A stretch of 54,161 bases of DNA from a bacterium (GCA_041497675.1 JBGQGY010000009.1:1-54161); one strand, 5' to 3'; positions 1 through 9,520 are shown, counted from the first letter of the stretch. The notes: generated by a model not told the origin, from the sequence alone. A program made the numbers and translations.

Positions 1-9
1 GGGCGCGGC

Positions 10-39
10 TTGACCGGGCCGTCGATGGGTAGATAGACT
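10..39 (+). promoter_or_regulatory. Putative sigma-70 promoter of tRNA-Thr
   Basis: TTGACC (10-15), 18-nt spacer, TAGACT (34-39), 14 nt upstream of the tRNA. Confidence 0.5.
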
Positions 40-53
40 TAGGTGTGCCGCGA

Positions 54-128
54 GCCGGCGTAGCTCAGTGGTAGAGCAGCGCACTCGTAATGCGCAGGTC
101 ACGAGTTCGACTCTCGTCGCCGGCTCCA
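54..128 (+). tRNA. tRNA-Thr (anticodon CGT)
   Basis: Acceptor stem GCCGGCG/CGCCGGC, D-arm TAGCTCAGTGGTAGAGC, anticodon stem GCGCA-CTCGTAA-TGCGC, T-loop GTTCGACT, encoded CCA end. Confidence 0.97.
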
Positions 129-150
129 GTCCGATCACGCGCTTTCGCCC

Positions 151-564
151 TTAAGGGACAAATTTGAGCACTTCGACGTGTCCTGGCCGCAGGATGCCAA
201 AGTGGCGATGATCGAGTGTGGCCAGCTTCGGCTCGTTGAGACGCTCGACAATGGCGAGCACCGCGGCATCGACAAACCCGACATCCGCGTCGGAGTAACG
301 ATCGCACAACTCGCGAATCCGTCGATAATCCTCTGTGAGCAACTCTTCCACCCGGTAGGCGCCGGCTACGATATCGTCCAGTAGCGCAACGAGCACCCCG
401 GTGTGCAGCCGGGCGTGGATCCAGTAGTCCACCTCCACGAGGACGGGGGCGGGAACGATCAGTGGCTCATCCGCATTCTCAATGAGCCGGCGGCAGGCCG
501 CATGGTCGGCATCGCTTCGGTCCAAAGAGGCGTAGAGCGGCCCGGTGTCGAGGATCAGCGCCAC
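151..564 (-). CDS. vapC: PIN-domain VapC toxin (VapC26-like)
   Basis: 137 aa; ILDTG, VEVDY, VDAAV and ATLDHRHF acidic PIN motifs; overlaps the upstream antitoxin. Confidence 0.9.
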   Translation of the reverse strand: MALILDTGPLYASLDRSDADHAACRRLIENADEPLIVPAPVLVEVDYWIHARLHTGVLVALLDDIVAGAYRVEELLTEDYRRIRELCDRYSDADVGFVDAAVLAIVERLNEPKLATLDHRHFGILRPGHVEVLKFVP

Positions 565-779
565 GGGCGAGGCTCCGGGCGCTCCTCGGCCGTACGCCGA
601 GCGGTGTCGGTATGGCCCGACGCACCGATACCCAGACTTCGTGGTCGTGGATGATGGCGGCTGACGGTTTCCTCGATTGACTCCCGAATCACCTCGGCCA
701 TCGATGTTCCGCGCTCGGCGGCCAGCAGGCGAAGCCTCTTTAGGAGTCTCTCTGGAAGAGAGATAGTGGTGCGTTCCAT
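555..779 (-). CDS. vapB: Ribbon-helix-helix (CopG-type) VapB antitoxin
   Basis: 74 aa; MERTTISLP...AAERGTSMAEVIRESI RHH signature; directly upstream of vapC. Confidence 0.88.
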   Translation of the reverse strand: MERTTISLPERLLKRLRLLAAERGTSMAEVIRESIEETVSRHHPRPRSLGIGASGHTDTARRTAEERPEPRPWR

Positions 780-820
780 GACATCATGATATCAGATATG
801 ATGAAAGACTTCAACATATC
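780..820 (-). promoter_or_regulatory. Leaderless vapBC promoter with overlapping inverted-repeat operator
   Basis: Minus strand TTGAAG (814-809), 17 nt, TGn-TATCAT (791-786), 6 nt, then ATG with no SD; inverted repeat GATATGATGAA(795-805)/TTCAACATATC(810-820) plus TGATATCA palindrome. Confidence 0.65.
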
Positions 821-828
821 ATCGCCAG

Positions 829-853
829 AGGATACGCTCAAAGACCGAAGAAA
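829..853 (+). promoter_or_regulatory. Putative sigma-H-like promoter (AGGA-N17-GAAA)
   Basis: Same motif and spacing recur at 7840, 30768 and 38838. Confidence 0.45.
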
Positions 854-889
854 GTCCCCTTGAGGGGAAGACAATCACGGAGGATGAAC

Positions 890-2182
890 ATGCCACGACA
901 CGCGCGTATGTTGATCGTTGCCCTGGTGGCGCTCGCGATTGGGCTGCCGTCGTGGAGCGCTCCGGCGTTGGCGCAGCGGAGCCCCGTGACCGTCAATGTG
1001 TGGTTCCCGCTGCCCACCGGAGGCCCGCTCAAAGTGGCGATGGATGATCTGGTGTCGCGCTTCAACTCGAGTCACACCGACATCCGGGTGGCGCTCGAGT
1101 TGACCGGCGACTACCAGCAGAACTATCAAAAGTTGCAGACGGCCATCGTGGCCGGCAGCCCGCCGGACGGGGCCATGATGGAACTGATGCAGATTCCGGA
1201 GTTTGCGGACGCCGGCGTGCTGGCGCCGCTTGACGAGCTCGCCAAGCAGCGCGACTTCAACTTCGCCGACATCTACCCGGCGCTGCTCGGCAACTCGTAC
1301 TGGAAGGGGAAGCTCTACGCGATTCCGTGGCAGCGGTCGACCACGATGATGTATTACAACGTGGACGCGTTCAGAGATGCAGGGTTGCCCGAGTTTGCGC
1401 CACCCCAGACCTGGGACGAGTTCCGCCGCGTCGCCCCCAAGCTGGTCGTCCGCCAGGGTGATCAGATCATGCGCTATGCGATGGAGGGCGACTTCAACCA
1501 CGACTGGCTGTTTGAGGGCATGGTGTATTCGTTTGGCGGCAGGCTGGTGAGCCAGGACGGCCGGCGCGCATTGTTCGGCGAGCCACCCGCGGTTGCGGCG
1601 CTGACCCTGCTTCGGGATCTGGCAAAGCGAGACAAGGTCCTCTATGTCAACCAGAACTTCTCCGGCATCATCGAGAATTTCATCGCCGGTCGCAGCGCGG
1701 CCATCGTGCACTCCAGCTTTGCGTTGTCGATCATTACGGGCCGCGCGCGGTTTCGATGGAGCGTGGCGCCGATCCCGGCCGGCCCATCCGGATCGGTCCT
1801 GAACGCCGGCGGCGGCAACTTCGTCCTCTTTGCGAAGACGAGCCCCGAGCGGCAGCGGGCGGCCTGGGAGTTCTTGAAGTGGATGACCTCGCCCGTGAAC
1901 ACCGCATTCTACTCGATGAGAAGCGGCTATCTTCCGCTGCGTGCGAGCGCGACGGAGGATTCGCAACTGAAGGCGTACTACAAACAGTTCCCCATGGCGA
2001 AGAAGTCCGTCGAACTGTCGTTCAACTACGGGAAGGGACGCATGGTCGTGCTGGACGTCGAAAAGGGCGTACGGCAGTTCCTGGTCCCAGCGCTTGAGGC
2101 GGTCCTGCTGGGTTCGGCCGACCCCAAGCAGGCGCTCGACGACGCAACCAGCAAGGCCAACGCCGTCCTCGGCGGCAAGTAG
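890..2182 (+). CDS. ABC transporter SBP, carbohydrate/glycerol-3-phosphate (UgpB-like) family
   Basis: GGAGG RBS at 879-883; signal peptide ending ALA; GKLYAIPW, PQTWDE, SGYLP motifs. Confidence 0.88.
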   Translation: MPRHARMLIVALVALAIGLPSWSAPALAQRSPVTVNVWFPLPTGGPLKVAMDDLVSRFNSSHTDIRVALELTGDYQQNYQKLQTAIVAGSPPDGAMMELMQIPEFADAGVLAPLDELAKQRDFNFADIYPALLGNSYWKGKLYAIPWQRSTTMMYYNVDAFRDAGLPEFAPPQTWDEFRRVAPKLVVRQGDQIMRYAMEGDFNHDWLFEGMVYSFGGRLVSQDGRRALFGEPPAVAALTLLRDLAKRDKVLYVNQNFSGIIENFIAGRSAAIVHSSFALSIITGRARFRWSVAPIPAGPSGSVLNAGGGNFVLFAKTSPERQRAAWEFLKWMTSPVNTAFYSMRSGYLPLRASATEDSQLKAYYKQFPMAKKSVELSFNYGKGRMVVLDVEKGVRQFLVPALEAVLLGSADPKQALDDATSKANAVLGGK

Positions 2183-2188
2183 CACCCA

Positions 2189-2213
2189 GGCGCGGGGTCG
2201 CCAATCCCGCGCC
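2189..2213 (+). terminator. GC-rich intergenic hairpin after SBP gene (stabiliser/attenuator)
   Basis: GGCGCGGG...CCCGCGCC, no U-tract. Confidence 0.4.
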
Positions 2214-2221
2214 CGCACCCC

Positions 2222-3115
2222 ATGGTGAAGCCGACGCGCAGGCGGCGGGAAGCCCTCACCGGGTACGCCTTCCTTCTTCCGTCGCTTATCCCGCTCATCG
2301 TCTTCACCCTGTACCCGCTGGCGAATTCCGGCTATCTGTCGCTGGTCAAATGGAATTTGCTGTCGCCGCGCAAGGAGTACGTCGGCATGGCCAACTACAC
2401 ACGCATGGCGGCCGATCCGGCGTTGTTGCGCGTGTTTGCGAACACCGCGATCTACACCGCCGCGGTCGTTGGGATTGGTGTTGCGCTCGGGTTAGTCCTG
2501 GCCCTGTTGTTGAATCAGCGCTTGTGGCTTCGAGCACTCTGGCGGGGTGTATTCTTTCTCCCGACGGTGGTGCCGCTCGCCGTGCTTTCTGGTTTGTGGC
2601 TTTGGATTTACGATCCCAATTTCGGACTGATGAACTACCTCCTGCGCTCGCTCGGTGTGCCGCCCGGTCAGTGGCTGCACAGCCCGACGTCTGCCCTGTG
2701 GGCCATCATCATCATGATGATCTGGCAGACGGCCGGCTACAATATGGTCATCTTGCTGGCGGGGCTGCAGAACATCTCCGGGGAACTCTATGAAGCGGCG
2801 CGGTTGGATGGCGCCGGCCGGGTGGCTATCCTCGCGCGTATCACGTTGCCGCTGCTCTCCCCGACATTGCTCTTCATCAGCGTTGTCGCATCCATTCAAG
2901 CCTTCCGCGTTTTCGACCCGATCTGGGTCATGAGCCTGGGCACCGGCGGCCCGGCGAACAGCACAGCCACCCTTGTCTTTTACCTCTACCGGCAGGCGTT
3001 CATGTTTTTCGAGGCGGGCTACGCGTCGGCAATCGCCTATCTTGTGGTCGGGATCTCCCTGACCTTCACGGTAGTCCAACTCTGGCTCAGCCGGCGGTGG
3101 GTCACGTATGATTAG
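2222..3115 (+). CDS. Carbohydrate ABC transporter permease (MalF/UgpA-like)
   Basis: Multiple TM helices; EAA loop LYEAARLDGAG. Confidence 0.92.
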   Translation: MVKPTRRRREALTGYAFLLPSLIPLIVFTLYPLANSGYLSLVKWNLLSPRKEYVGMANYTRMAADPALLRVFANTAIYTAAVVGIGVALGLVLALLLNQRLWLRALWRGVFFLPTVVPLAVLSGLWLWIYDPNFGLMNYLLRSLGVPPGQWLHSPTSALWAIIIMMIWQTAGYNMVILLAGLQNISGELYEAARLDGAGRVAILARITLPLLSPTLLFISVVASIQAFRVFDPIWVMSLGTGGPANSTATLVFYLYRQAFMFFEAGYASAIAYLVVGISLTFTVVQLWLSRRWVTYD

Positions 3116-3935
3116 GCGCCCGGTCGAGACGCTGGCCAGTCATGTGGCCGTGCTGGCCCTCGCGGTGGCATTCTTTCTGCCGTTTCTCTGGATGTTGGGG
3201 ACCGCGGTCAAGCCGGATAACGATATCTTCCTCTATCCGCCGAAGTGGATCCCATCGATCTGGCAGTTCTCAAACTTTGCCAGCGCCTGGGCGAAGGCGC
3301 CGTTTGCGCGATTCTACTTCAACAGCGTAGTCGTGACCGCGTCGATCGCACTGATCCAGCTGACCACGGCGGCGCTCGCCGCCTATGCGTTTGCACGGCT
3401 GCATTTTCCCGGCAAGTCGATCCTGTTCGCGTGTTACCTCCTGGTCATGATGATTCCGAGCCAGGTGACGTTGATCCCAAACTTCATCACACTGAAGACG
3501 CTGGGGATGCTGAACACTTACTGGGCGTTGATTCTGCCTTTTGCGGCGACGGGGTTTGGGACGTTCCTCATCCGGCAGTATTTTCTCTCGATCCCACAGG
3601 AGCTCTTCGACGCCGCGATCGTGGATGGCGCCGGCCACCTGCGCATCCTCTGGACAATCTGCGTGCCGATCGCGCGGCCGGCATTGGCGACGTTTGGACT
3701 GCTCACGACGATGTGGCACTGGAATGACTTCTTCTGGCCCCTGATCGTGACGAGTTCTCCACAGATGCGGACGCTGCCGCTGGGGTTGGTCGTCTTTACA
3801 AACTCAGAACAGGGGACGTCGTGGAATCTCTTGATGGCAGCGGGAATCTTTACGGCCCTTCCAATCGTGATGCTGTTTCTGGTTGCCCAGCGCTACTTCG
3901 TTCAAGGCATCGCCCGAGTGGGTATCAAAGGATAG
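3108..3935 (+). CDS. Carbohydrate ABC transporter permease (MalG/UgpE-like)
   Basis: IPQELFDAAIVDGAG, WNDFFWP motifs. Confidence 0.92.
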   Translation: MIRRPVETLASHVAVLALAVAFFLPFLWMLGTAVKPDNDIFLYPPKWIPSIWQFSNFASAWAKAPFARFYFNSVVVTASIALIQLTTAALAAYAFARLHFPGKSILFACYLLVMMIPSQVTLIPNFITLKTLGMLNTYWALILPFAATGFGTFLIRQYFLSIPQELFDAAIVDGAGHLRILWTICVPIARPALATFGLLTTMWHWNDFFWPLIVTSSPQMRTLPLGLVVFTNSEQGTSWNLLMAAGIFTALPIVMLFLVAQRYFVQGIARVGIKG

Positions 3936-4012
3936 GGCGGGAGATTTGCGGAACTGCTCGCGTGAATGAATCTCGCAGCCCTGCGCTGATGAGCAACCAG
4001 GGAGGACCTTGA

Positions 4013-5017
4013 ATGCGGCGATGGCTTGTTGGGGTGGTGGTCACGGTCCTGCTGCTGCCGGCCGCAGCGGCAAGGGCACAGGTCCCATCGCTGACCGTCT
4101 ATTCCAGCGTCGACGAGGAGAACGCGCGCAAGATCCTGGGGGCCTTCACGAAAACCACCGGTATCGAGGTCCGGATGGTCTTCCTGTCGACCGGCCCGGC
4201 GCTCGCGCGGCTCGAGGTGGAGCGCAACAATCCCCAGGCGGATGTCTGGTTTGGCGCGCCGAGCGAGAACCACGTTGATGCCAAGATCCGGGGCCTGACG
4301 CAGCCGTATAAGTCCCCCAATGCCGCGCCGCTCGACGCGCGGTTCCGGGATGCCGACAATTTTTGGGTGAGCTTCTACATGAACCCTCTGGGCTTCGGAC
4401 TCAACACGAAGGTGTTCGAAGCCCGGAACCTCAAGCGGCCGACCTCCTGGCCGGACCTGCTGAACCCCGGATTCCGCGGGCTGATCCAGATGCCAAGCCC
4501 GCAGACGTCCGGCACCGCGTACAACATGGTGGTCGCCCTCGTCCAGATCATGGGTGAGGACAAGGCGTTCGCCTACATGAAGCAGCTGCATCCGAATATC
4601 CAGACGTACACGACCAGCGGGACGGCCCCGTCGCGCGCAGTCGCGTTCGGCGAGGTCGCTGTGGGGATTCAGTTCACGCCGGCGCTCTATCAACTGTACT
4701 TCCTCGGCTACCCGCTCGTGACCGTCTTCCCCAAGGAGGGAGTTGGGTTCGAGGCGCCGGCCATCTCGATCGTCAAAGGCGTGCGCCGCGAGGCCGAGGC
4801 CCGCCGTCTGGTGGACTGGATCATCTCGCTCGACGGCCAGAATACCCTCGCCGACCGGGAGACGTATTTCTTCCCGGTGACCGAGAAGGCGAAGCGGCAG
4901 ACAGGCCTCCCCTCGCTGCGCCTGGTGCCACTGATTAAGTACGATGTCGACTTTGCCGGGAAGAACCGCGAGCGCCTGGTCACCCGCTGGGTCAACGAGG
5001 TCCTGGGCGGACGGTAA
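4013..5017 (+). CDS. Fe3+/thiamine/sugar-phosphate (AfuA-like) ABC SBP
   Basis: Signal peptide; NPQADVWFG, PTSWPDLL, PQTSGTAY, FPKEG motifs; GGAGG RBS. Confidence 0.85.
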   Translation: MRRWLVGVVVTVLLLPAAAARAQVPSLTVYSSVDEENARKILGAFTKTTGIEVRMVFLSTGPALARLEVERNNPQADVWFGAPSENHVDAKIRGLTQPYKSPNAAPLDARFRDADNFWVSFYMNPLGFGLNTKVFEARNLKRPTSWPDLLNPGFRGLIQMPSPQTSGTAYNMVVALVQIMGEDKAFAYMKQLHPNIQTYTTSGTAPSRAVAFGEVAVGIQFTPALYQLYFLGYPLVTVFPKEGVGFEAPAISIVKGVRREAEARRLVDWIISLDGQNTLADRETYFFPVTEKAKRQTGLPSLRLVPLIKYDVDFAGKNRERLVTRWVNEVLGGR

Positions 5018-5073
5018 CCTCGGGTCCCGGACGGCGGGGCGGCGAACTCCGGCGGCTGCTGGCCGATCCGGTC

Positions 5074-6696
5074 GTGTTGCTGGCGGCCGCGCTGATTCAG
5101 GCGGCGCTGTTGATCTTCATCGTCTGGCCGCTGGTCCGTGTGGTCATCGTCAGCGTCACGCTCAAGGGAGAGTTCTCCCTGGACGCGTATCAGGCGCAGC
5201 TCCGCTCCTGGTACGTGCAGCGGGCCGTGCTCAACAGTTTGCTGGTGGGTGTGCTCACGGCTGGGGCCAGCGTGGCGCTCGGGTTCGCCTACGCGTACAC
5301 CCTCGTGCGCACCGCGGTGCCATTCAAGCGCCTGTTCCACCTGCTGGCGATCCTGCCGATTGTCTCGCCGCCGTTCGTCTCGTCGATCGCGATCATCCTC
5401 CTCTTTGGCCGGGGCGGGATCATTACATCCGGGTTGCTCGGCCTCATGGACTTCAACATCTATGGGTTCAAGGGGCTGCTCCTCGCACAGATCATGACGT
5501 TTGCTCCCGTCGCCTACCTCGTGATCAGGGGAGTCCTGGAAGGCATCGACCCCACGCTCGAAGATGCCGGCCTCAACCTTGGCGCGGGCCGGGCGACCGT
5601 GTTCCGGCGCGTGCTGCTGCCTCTGGCCGTCCCCGGCATCGCCAGCGCGTTCCTGGTTGTGTTCATCGAATCGCTCGCCGACTTTGGCAACCCCCTCCTT
5701 CTGGCGGGGAGCGCGTTCCCGGTGCTCTCGGTTCAGGCCTACCTGCAGATCACCGGGATGTTCAACCTGCCGGCGGGCGCCGCACTCTCGGTTCTTCTGT
5801 TGATTCCGTCGGTCGCCGCCTTTCTGGTGTACAGGGCTATCGTCGGCCGGCGGCGTTACATCACCATCACCGGGAAGCCCGGCCGTTCATCCCTGAAAGG
5901 CACAAGCCGGCTGGCGACCTGGATGCTCTTTGGCGTCACTACCGCCGTTGCCGTTCTGGTCGTGCTGTTTTATGCGGTCATCGTCGTCGGCGCGTTTGCC
6001 CGCACCTGGGGCGTCGACAACACCCCTTCCCTCGAAGCGCTCCGCTACGTGTTGAGCGTGGGGCTGAAGACGATCAAAGACACGCTGGTGATTGCCGTGG
6101 TCTCCACACCGATCTCCGGCCTGCTGGGGATGACGATCGCCTTTCTGGTCGTCCGGCGGCGGTTTCCCGGACGCGCCGGACTCGAACTGACATCGCTGCT
6201 GAACTTCGCGCTGCCCGGCACCCTCATCGGCATCGGCTACATCCTGGCCTTCAACCAACGGCCGGTGCTGCTGACCGGGACGATGTTCATCCTGGTTGCC
6301 TGTTTCGTCTTTCGATATGTGCCCGTCGGCATTCAAGCGGGCATCGCGGTGTTGCGGCAGATCGATCCCGCGATCGAGGAAGCGGCCCAAAACCTGGGTG
6401 CCTCAAGCGCGCTGACGTTTCGCCGGGTGACTTTGCCGCTCATCCGGCCTGCCTTCTTCTCGGCGCTGGTCTTCGCGTTCGTGCGCGCCATGACGGCGGT
6501 CAGCGCTGCGGTGTTCCTCGTCTCCGCCGATTGGAACCTGATGACGGTGCAGATTCTCAGTGAGATCGGATCAGGCCGGTACAACGCGGCGGCGGCCTAC
6601 AGCCTGGTGCTCCTGACGATCGTCGTCGCAGCCGTCGGCATGATCGGGCTCGTGCTTCGCGGCGGGTATAGTCCGGTGCAGGGGAGATTCCTGTAA
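5074..6696 (+). CDS. FbpB/AfuB-like fused two-domain ABC permease
   Basis: Two EAA loops (LEDAGLNLGA, IEEAAQNLGA) and DFGNP motif; true start may lie ~20 codons upstream. Confidence 0.88.
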   Translation: MLLAAALIQAALLIFIVWPLVRVVIVSVTLKGEFSLDAYQAQLRSWYVQRAVLNSLLVGVLTAGASVALGFAYAYTLVRTAVPFKRLFHLLAILPIVSPPFVSSIAIILLFGRGGIITSGLLGLMDFNIYGFKGLLLAQIMTFAPVAYLVIRGVLEGIDPTLEDAGLNLGAGRATVFRRVLLPLAVPGIASAFLVVFIESLADFGNPLLLAGSAFPVLSVQAYLQITGMFNLPAGAALSVLLLIPSVAAFLVYRAIVGRRRYITITGKPGRSSLKGTSRLATWMLFGVTTAVAVLVVLFYAVIVVGAFARTWGVDNTPSLEALRYVLSVGLKTIKDTLVIAVVSTPISGLLGMTIAFLVVRRRFPGRAGLELTSLLNFALPGTLIGIGYILAFNQRPVLLTGTMFILVACFVFRYVPVGIQAGIAVLRQIDPAIEEAAQNLGASSALTFRRVTLPLIRPAFFSALVFAFVRAMTAVSAAVFLVSADWNLMTVQILSEIGSGRYNAAAAYSLVLLTIVVAAVGMIGLVLRGGYSPVQGRFL

Positions 6697-7811
6697 TGGC
6701 GGCCGCGGCGCCGGTCGCTTCCGCCGGAGGCGACGTCGCTCTGCTCGTCGACCGCGTCACCAAGATCTTTGCCGATCCCGGTGGCGCCCCGGTGAAGGCG
6801 GTGGACGACGTGTCGCTCGCCGTGAGGGCCGGCGAATTCGTGTCGCTGCTCGGGCCGAGCGGCTGCGGGAAGACGACGCTGCTTCGGATCATTGCCGGCT
6901 TCGAGACCCCCACGGCGGGCGAGATCTCCCTCGCGGGGCAGCCGGTCACGCACCTGCCGCCGGATGCGCGTGGCACCGCGATGGTCTTTCAATCGTATGC
7001 GCTCTTCCCGCACCTGGATGTCTTCGAGAATGTGGCCTTTGGACTGCGGGTCAAAGGGATCGGTGAAGCGGAAACTGCGGAGCGCGTCGGTGAGGCCTTG
7101 CGCCTCGTGGGCCTTGAAGGATTGGGACGACGCTCACCCGATCAGTTGAGCGGAGGCCAACAGCAGCGTGTGGCGCTCGCGCGCGCCGTCGTCACGCGGC
7201 CACGCGTGCTCCTTCTGGATGAACCGCTGTCCAATCTCGACGCCAAGCTGCGCGAGCAAATGCGGATCGAACTGCGGCGGATCCAGCGAGAACTCGCCAT
7301 CACGGCGATCTATGTGACGCACGACCAGGTCGAAGCCATGACGCTGGCCGACCGGATCGCGGTCTTGAACCAGGGGCGGACCCAGCAGGTGGCGCCGCCT
7401 GCCGAGCTCTACGCGCGCCCCGCAAACGCCTTTGTCGCCGAGTTCGTCGGTAAGGTCAATCTCCTTGAAGGGCGAGTGATCGAGACCCAGCACGGTCGCT
7501 GCCGTATCGCCTTGACGGGTTTGGAGGCCGAGGTGCCCTCGCCGACACCCTATGCACCGGGCGCGCGGGTGGGCGTGGTGGTGCGGCCAGAAACCGTGCA
7601 CCTCGGCCGCGAGGGTGCGCTCCGCGGCGTCGTGCGCCGCGCCACCTATCTCGGGTCCCAGGTAGAGTATGAGGTTGAGGTCGCCGGACTCCGGCTTCAG
7701 GCCATCGGCCGGAGTCCCCTGGAGGAAGGGATCTTTGTGGAAGGCGAGAGGGTTGGCATCTCGGTCGGGTTCCATGTCGCCCACCTGCTTGGCCTCGAAG
7801 ACACGCAATGA
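6696..7811 (+). CDS. ABC ATPase (FbpC/PotA family) with C-terminal TOBE domain
   Basis: GPSGCGKT, LSGGQQQRV, LLLDEP, YVTHDQ. Confidence 0.93.
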   Translation: MAAAAPVASAGGDVALLVDRVTKIFADPGGAPVKAVDDVSLAVRAGEFVSLLGPSGCGKTTLLRIIAGFETPTAGEISLAGQPVTHLPPDARGTAMVFQSYALFPHLDVFENVAFGLRVKGIGEAETAERVGEALRLVGLEGLGRRSPDQLSGGQQQRVALARAVVTRPRVLLLDEPLSNLDAKLREQMRIELRRIQRELAITAIYVTHDQVEAMTLADRIAVLNQGRTQQVAPPAELYARPANAFVAEFVGKVNLLEGRVIETQHGRCRIALTGLEAEVPSPTPYAPGARVGVVVRPETVHLGREGALRGVVRRATYLGSQVEYEVEVAGLRLQAIGRSPLEEGIFVEGERVGISVGFHVAHLLGLEDTQ

Positions 7812-7814
7812 GCG

Positions 7815-7831
7815 CCCAGGCGTCGCCTGGG
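7815..7831 (+). terminator. Hairpin closing the Fe-type ABC operon
   Basis: CCCAGGCG-T-CGCCTGGG immediately after the stop; no U-tract. Confidence 0.35.
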
Positions 7832-7839
7832 GCAACCGC

Positions 7840-7864
7840 AGGATTCCACCGGCGAACGCTGAAA
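7840..7864 (+). promoter_or_regulatory. Putative sigma-H-like promoter (gcAGGA-N17-GAAA)
   Basis: Recurrent motif upstream of operon-leading gene. Confidence 0.5.
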
Positions 7865-7912
7865 GCAACCCCGCACGGGCCCCGAGCTGAACAGCGTATA
7901 GGGAGGACAGCG

Positions 7913-9517
7913 ATGGACACGTACCGCTTGCCGCATGTCATGCGTTGCGCCGCGATACTCTTGCTGGTCGCGGTCGTCCTCGTGGGAGGCTACCTGCCGG
8001 TTACGCAGGCGCAGGCAGGGAAGGATAGCCTCGTCGTCGCAGTCGGCGGTGACATCGAGACGATCGATCCGCCCGTCACTTCGGGAGCGCCGTTTCAACA
8101 CGAGATCATCAGCAACCTCTACGATTTCCTCATAGATTTCGGCGTCCGGAAAACCGAGACCGGTGAGTCCGTTGGCGACCTGAACCGGTTTACCGGCGAG
8201 ATCGCAAAGTCGTTCACGGTCTCTTCTGACGGTCGAGCGGTCTTTCGGCTTCGTGAGAACGCGAAGTTCTCCGACGGCACGCCGGTCACGGCGGAGGACA
8301 TCAAATATAGCTACGATCGTATCTTCGGGGTCAACGCGGTGACGGCCGCGCTACTGCGCATGGCGACGGTCAACGACGCGGCCCAGGTGCGCATCGTGGA
8401 TCCGGGTACGGTCGAGATCAAGATGGCGCGGCCCAACCCGCTTTTGTTCGGGAACATGTCGCAGTTCGGGCATGCCATTGTGAAGGAGGCGACAGTGAAG
8501 GCGCAGGCCACCGGGCAGGACGCCTGGGCGACCACGTGGATGAAGACCCACGCGGCGGGCGCCGGGGCCTTCCTGCTGGAACGCTGGACGCCAGGGTCGG
8601 AAGTCGTGCTGGCCCGCAACGAGCATTACTGGGCCGGCCCGGCGAAGGTCAAGCAGATCTCCTTCAAGATCGTCCCCGACGCGGCCACTCGAGCGTTGCT
8701 GCTGCGCCGCGGCGCGGTGGACGTCGCATACGACCTCGCACTGGACGATCTCGAAACGCTGCGGAACGATCCTAACGTCACCGTTCGCCGGTACCCAACG
8801 ACTATCGTCAAGTACCTGGGGATGAACGTGAACGTGAAGCCGTTCGACAACGTGAAGGTGCGCCAGGCGATTGCCTACGCGGTCCCCTACGACACGATCA
8901 TTAAGGAAGCGGTGAAGGGGTACGGCCTCCCGCTCCGCGGGCCGGTGCCGAAAGGGATGCCGTCGAGCGACGATTCGGTCACGTACGCGACCAACCCCCA
9001 GCGCGCCCGGCAGTTGCTGACCGAAGCGGGTCTGGGCAGCGGGTTCAGGACCCGCCTCACCCTGCGGGCGGGCTTCCCGGTGGACGAGCAGATCGGCGTC
9101 TGGGTGCAGTCAGCGCTGCGGTCAGTTGGCGTGGAAGTCGAGATCGACAAGCTCCCGCTGGCCGGGTACACGGATCGCCTCCGCAAACACGAGTTCCCCG
9201 GTCTGTTCATCCACGAGTGGCTGTCGATCAACAACGATCCGTTCTACCATTACTTTTGGCTGTTCCGACAAGGCTGCTGCAATTACGGCAACTGGTCGAA
9301 CCCCGAGGTCGCCGACTTGATCAACACGATGATGCTCAACACGAGCACGTCCACCCGCAACGAAGCGAGCCGTAGGGCGCAGAAGATCATCCTGGAGGAA
9401 GCGCCCGCGGCGTTCCTCTTCCAACCCGAGTACGTCATCGCGATGCGCAAGAACGTCAAGGGCTACATCTACTATCCGGATCGGTACAATCGGTGGCACA
9501 GCGTCTCTAAGGAGTAA
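7913..9517 (+). CDS. Opp/Dpp family-5 ABC SBP
   Basis: GGAGG RBS; signal peptide; KFSDGTPVTAEDIKYS, PFDNVKVRQAIAYA. Confidence 0.92.
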   Translation: MDTYRLPHVMRCAAILLLVAVVLVGGYLPVTQAQAGKDSLVVAVGGDIETIDPPVTSGAPFQHEIISNLYDFLIDFGVRKTETGESVGDLNRFTGEIAKSFTVSSDGRAVFRLRENAKFSDGTPVTAEDIKYSYDRIFGVNAVTAALLRMATVNDAAQVRIVDPGTVEIKMARPNPLLFGNMSQFGHAIVKEATVKAQATGQDAWATTWMKTHAAGAGAFLLERWTPGSEVVLARNEHYWAGPAKVKQISFKIVPDAATRALLLRRGAVDVAYDLALDDLETLRNDPNVTVRRYPTTIVKYLGMNVNVKPFDNVKVRQAIAYAVPYDTIIKEAVKGYGLPLRGPVPKGMPSSDDSVTYATNPQRARQLLTEAGLGSGFRTRLTLRAGFPVDEQIGVWVQSALRSVGVEVEIDKLPLAGYTDRLRKHEFPGLFIHEWLSINNDPFYHYFWLFRQGCCNYGNWSNPEVADLINTMMLNTSTSTRNEASRRAQKIILEEAPAAFLFQPEYVIAMRKNVKGYIYYPDRYNRWHSVSKE

Positions 9518-9520
9518 GGC

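Noticed and set aside
54..150. tRNA-Thr as attachment site of an integrative element
   Set aside because: No integrase in the window and no duplicate of the tRNA 3' end noticed
65..307. 80-aa minus-strand ORF ending in DESRTRDLRITSALLYH
   Set aside because: Antisense translation of the tRNA plus an alternative frame of vapC
3936..4012. Possible fluoride riboswitch (GCTGATGA present)
   Set aside because: Lacks the 5' GGxGATGG...CC pseudoknot elements, and the downstream gene is unrelated
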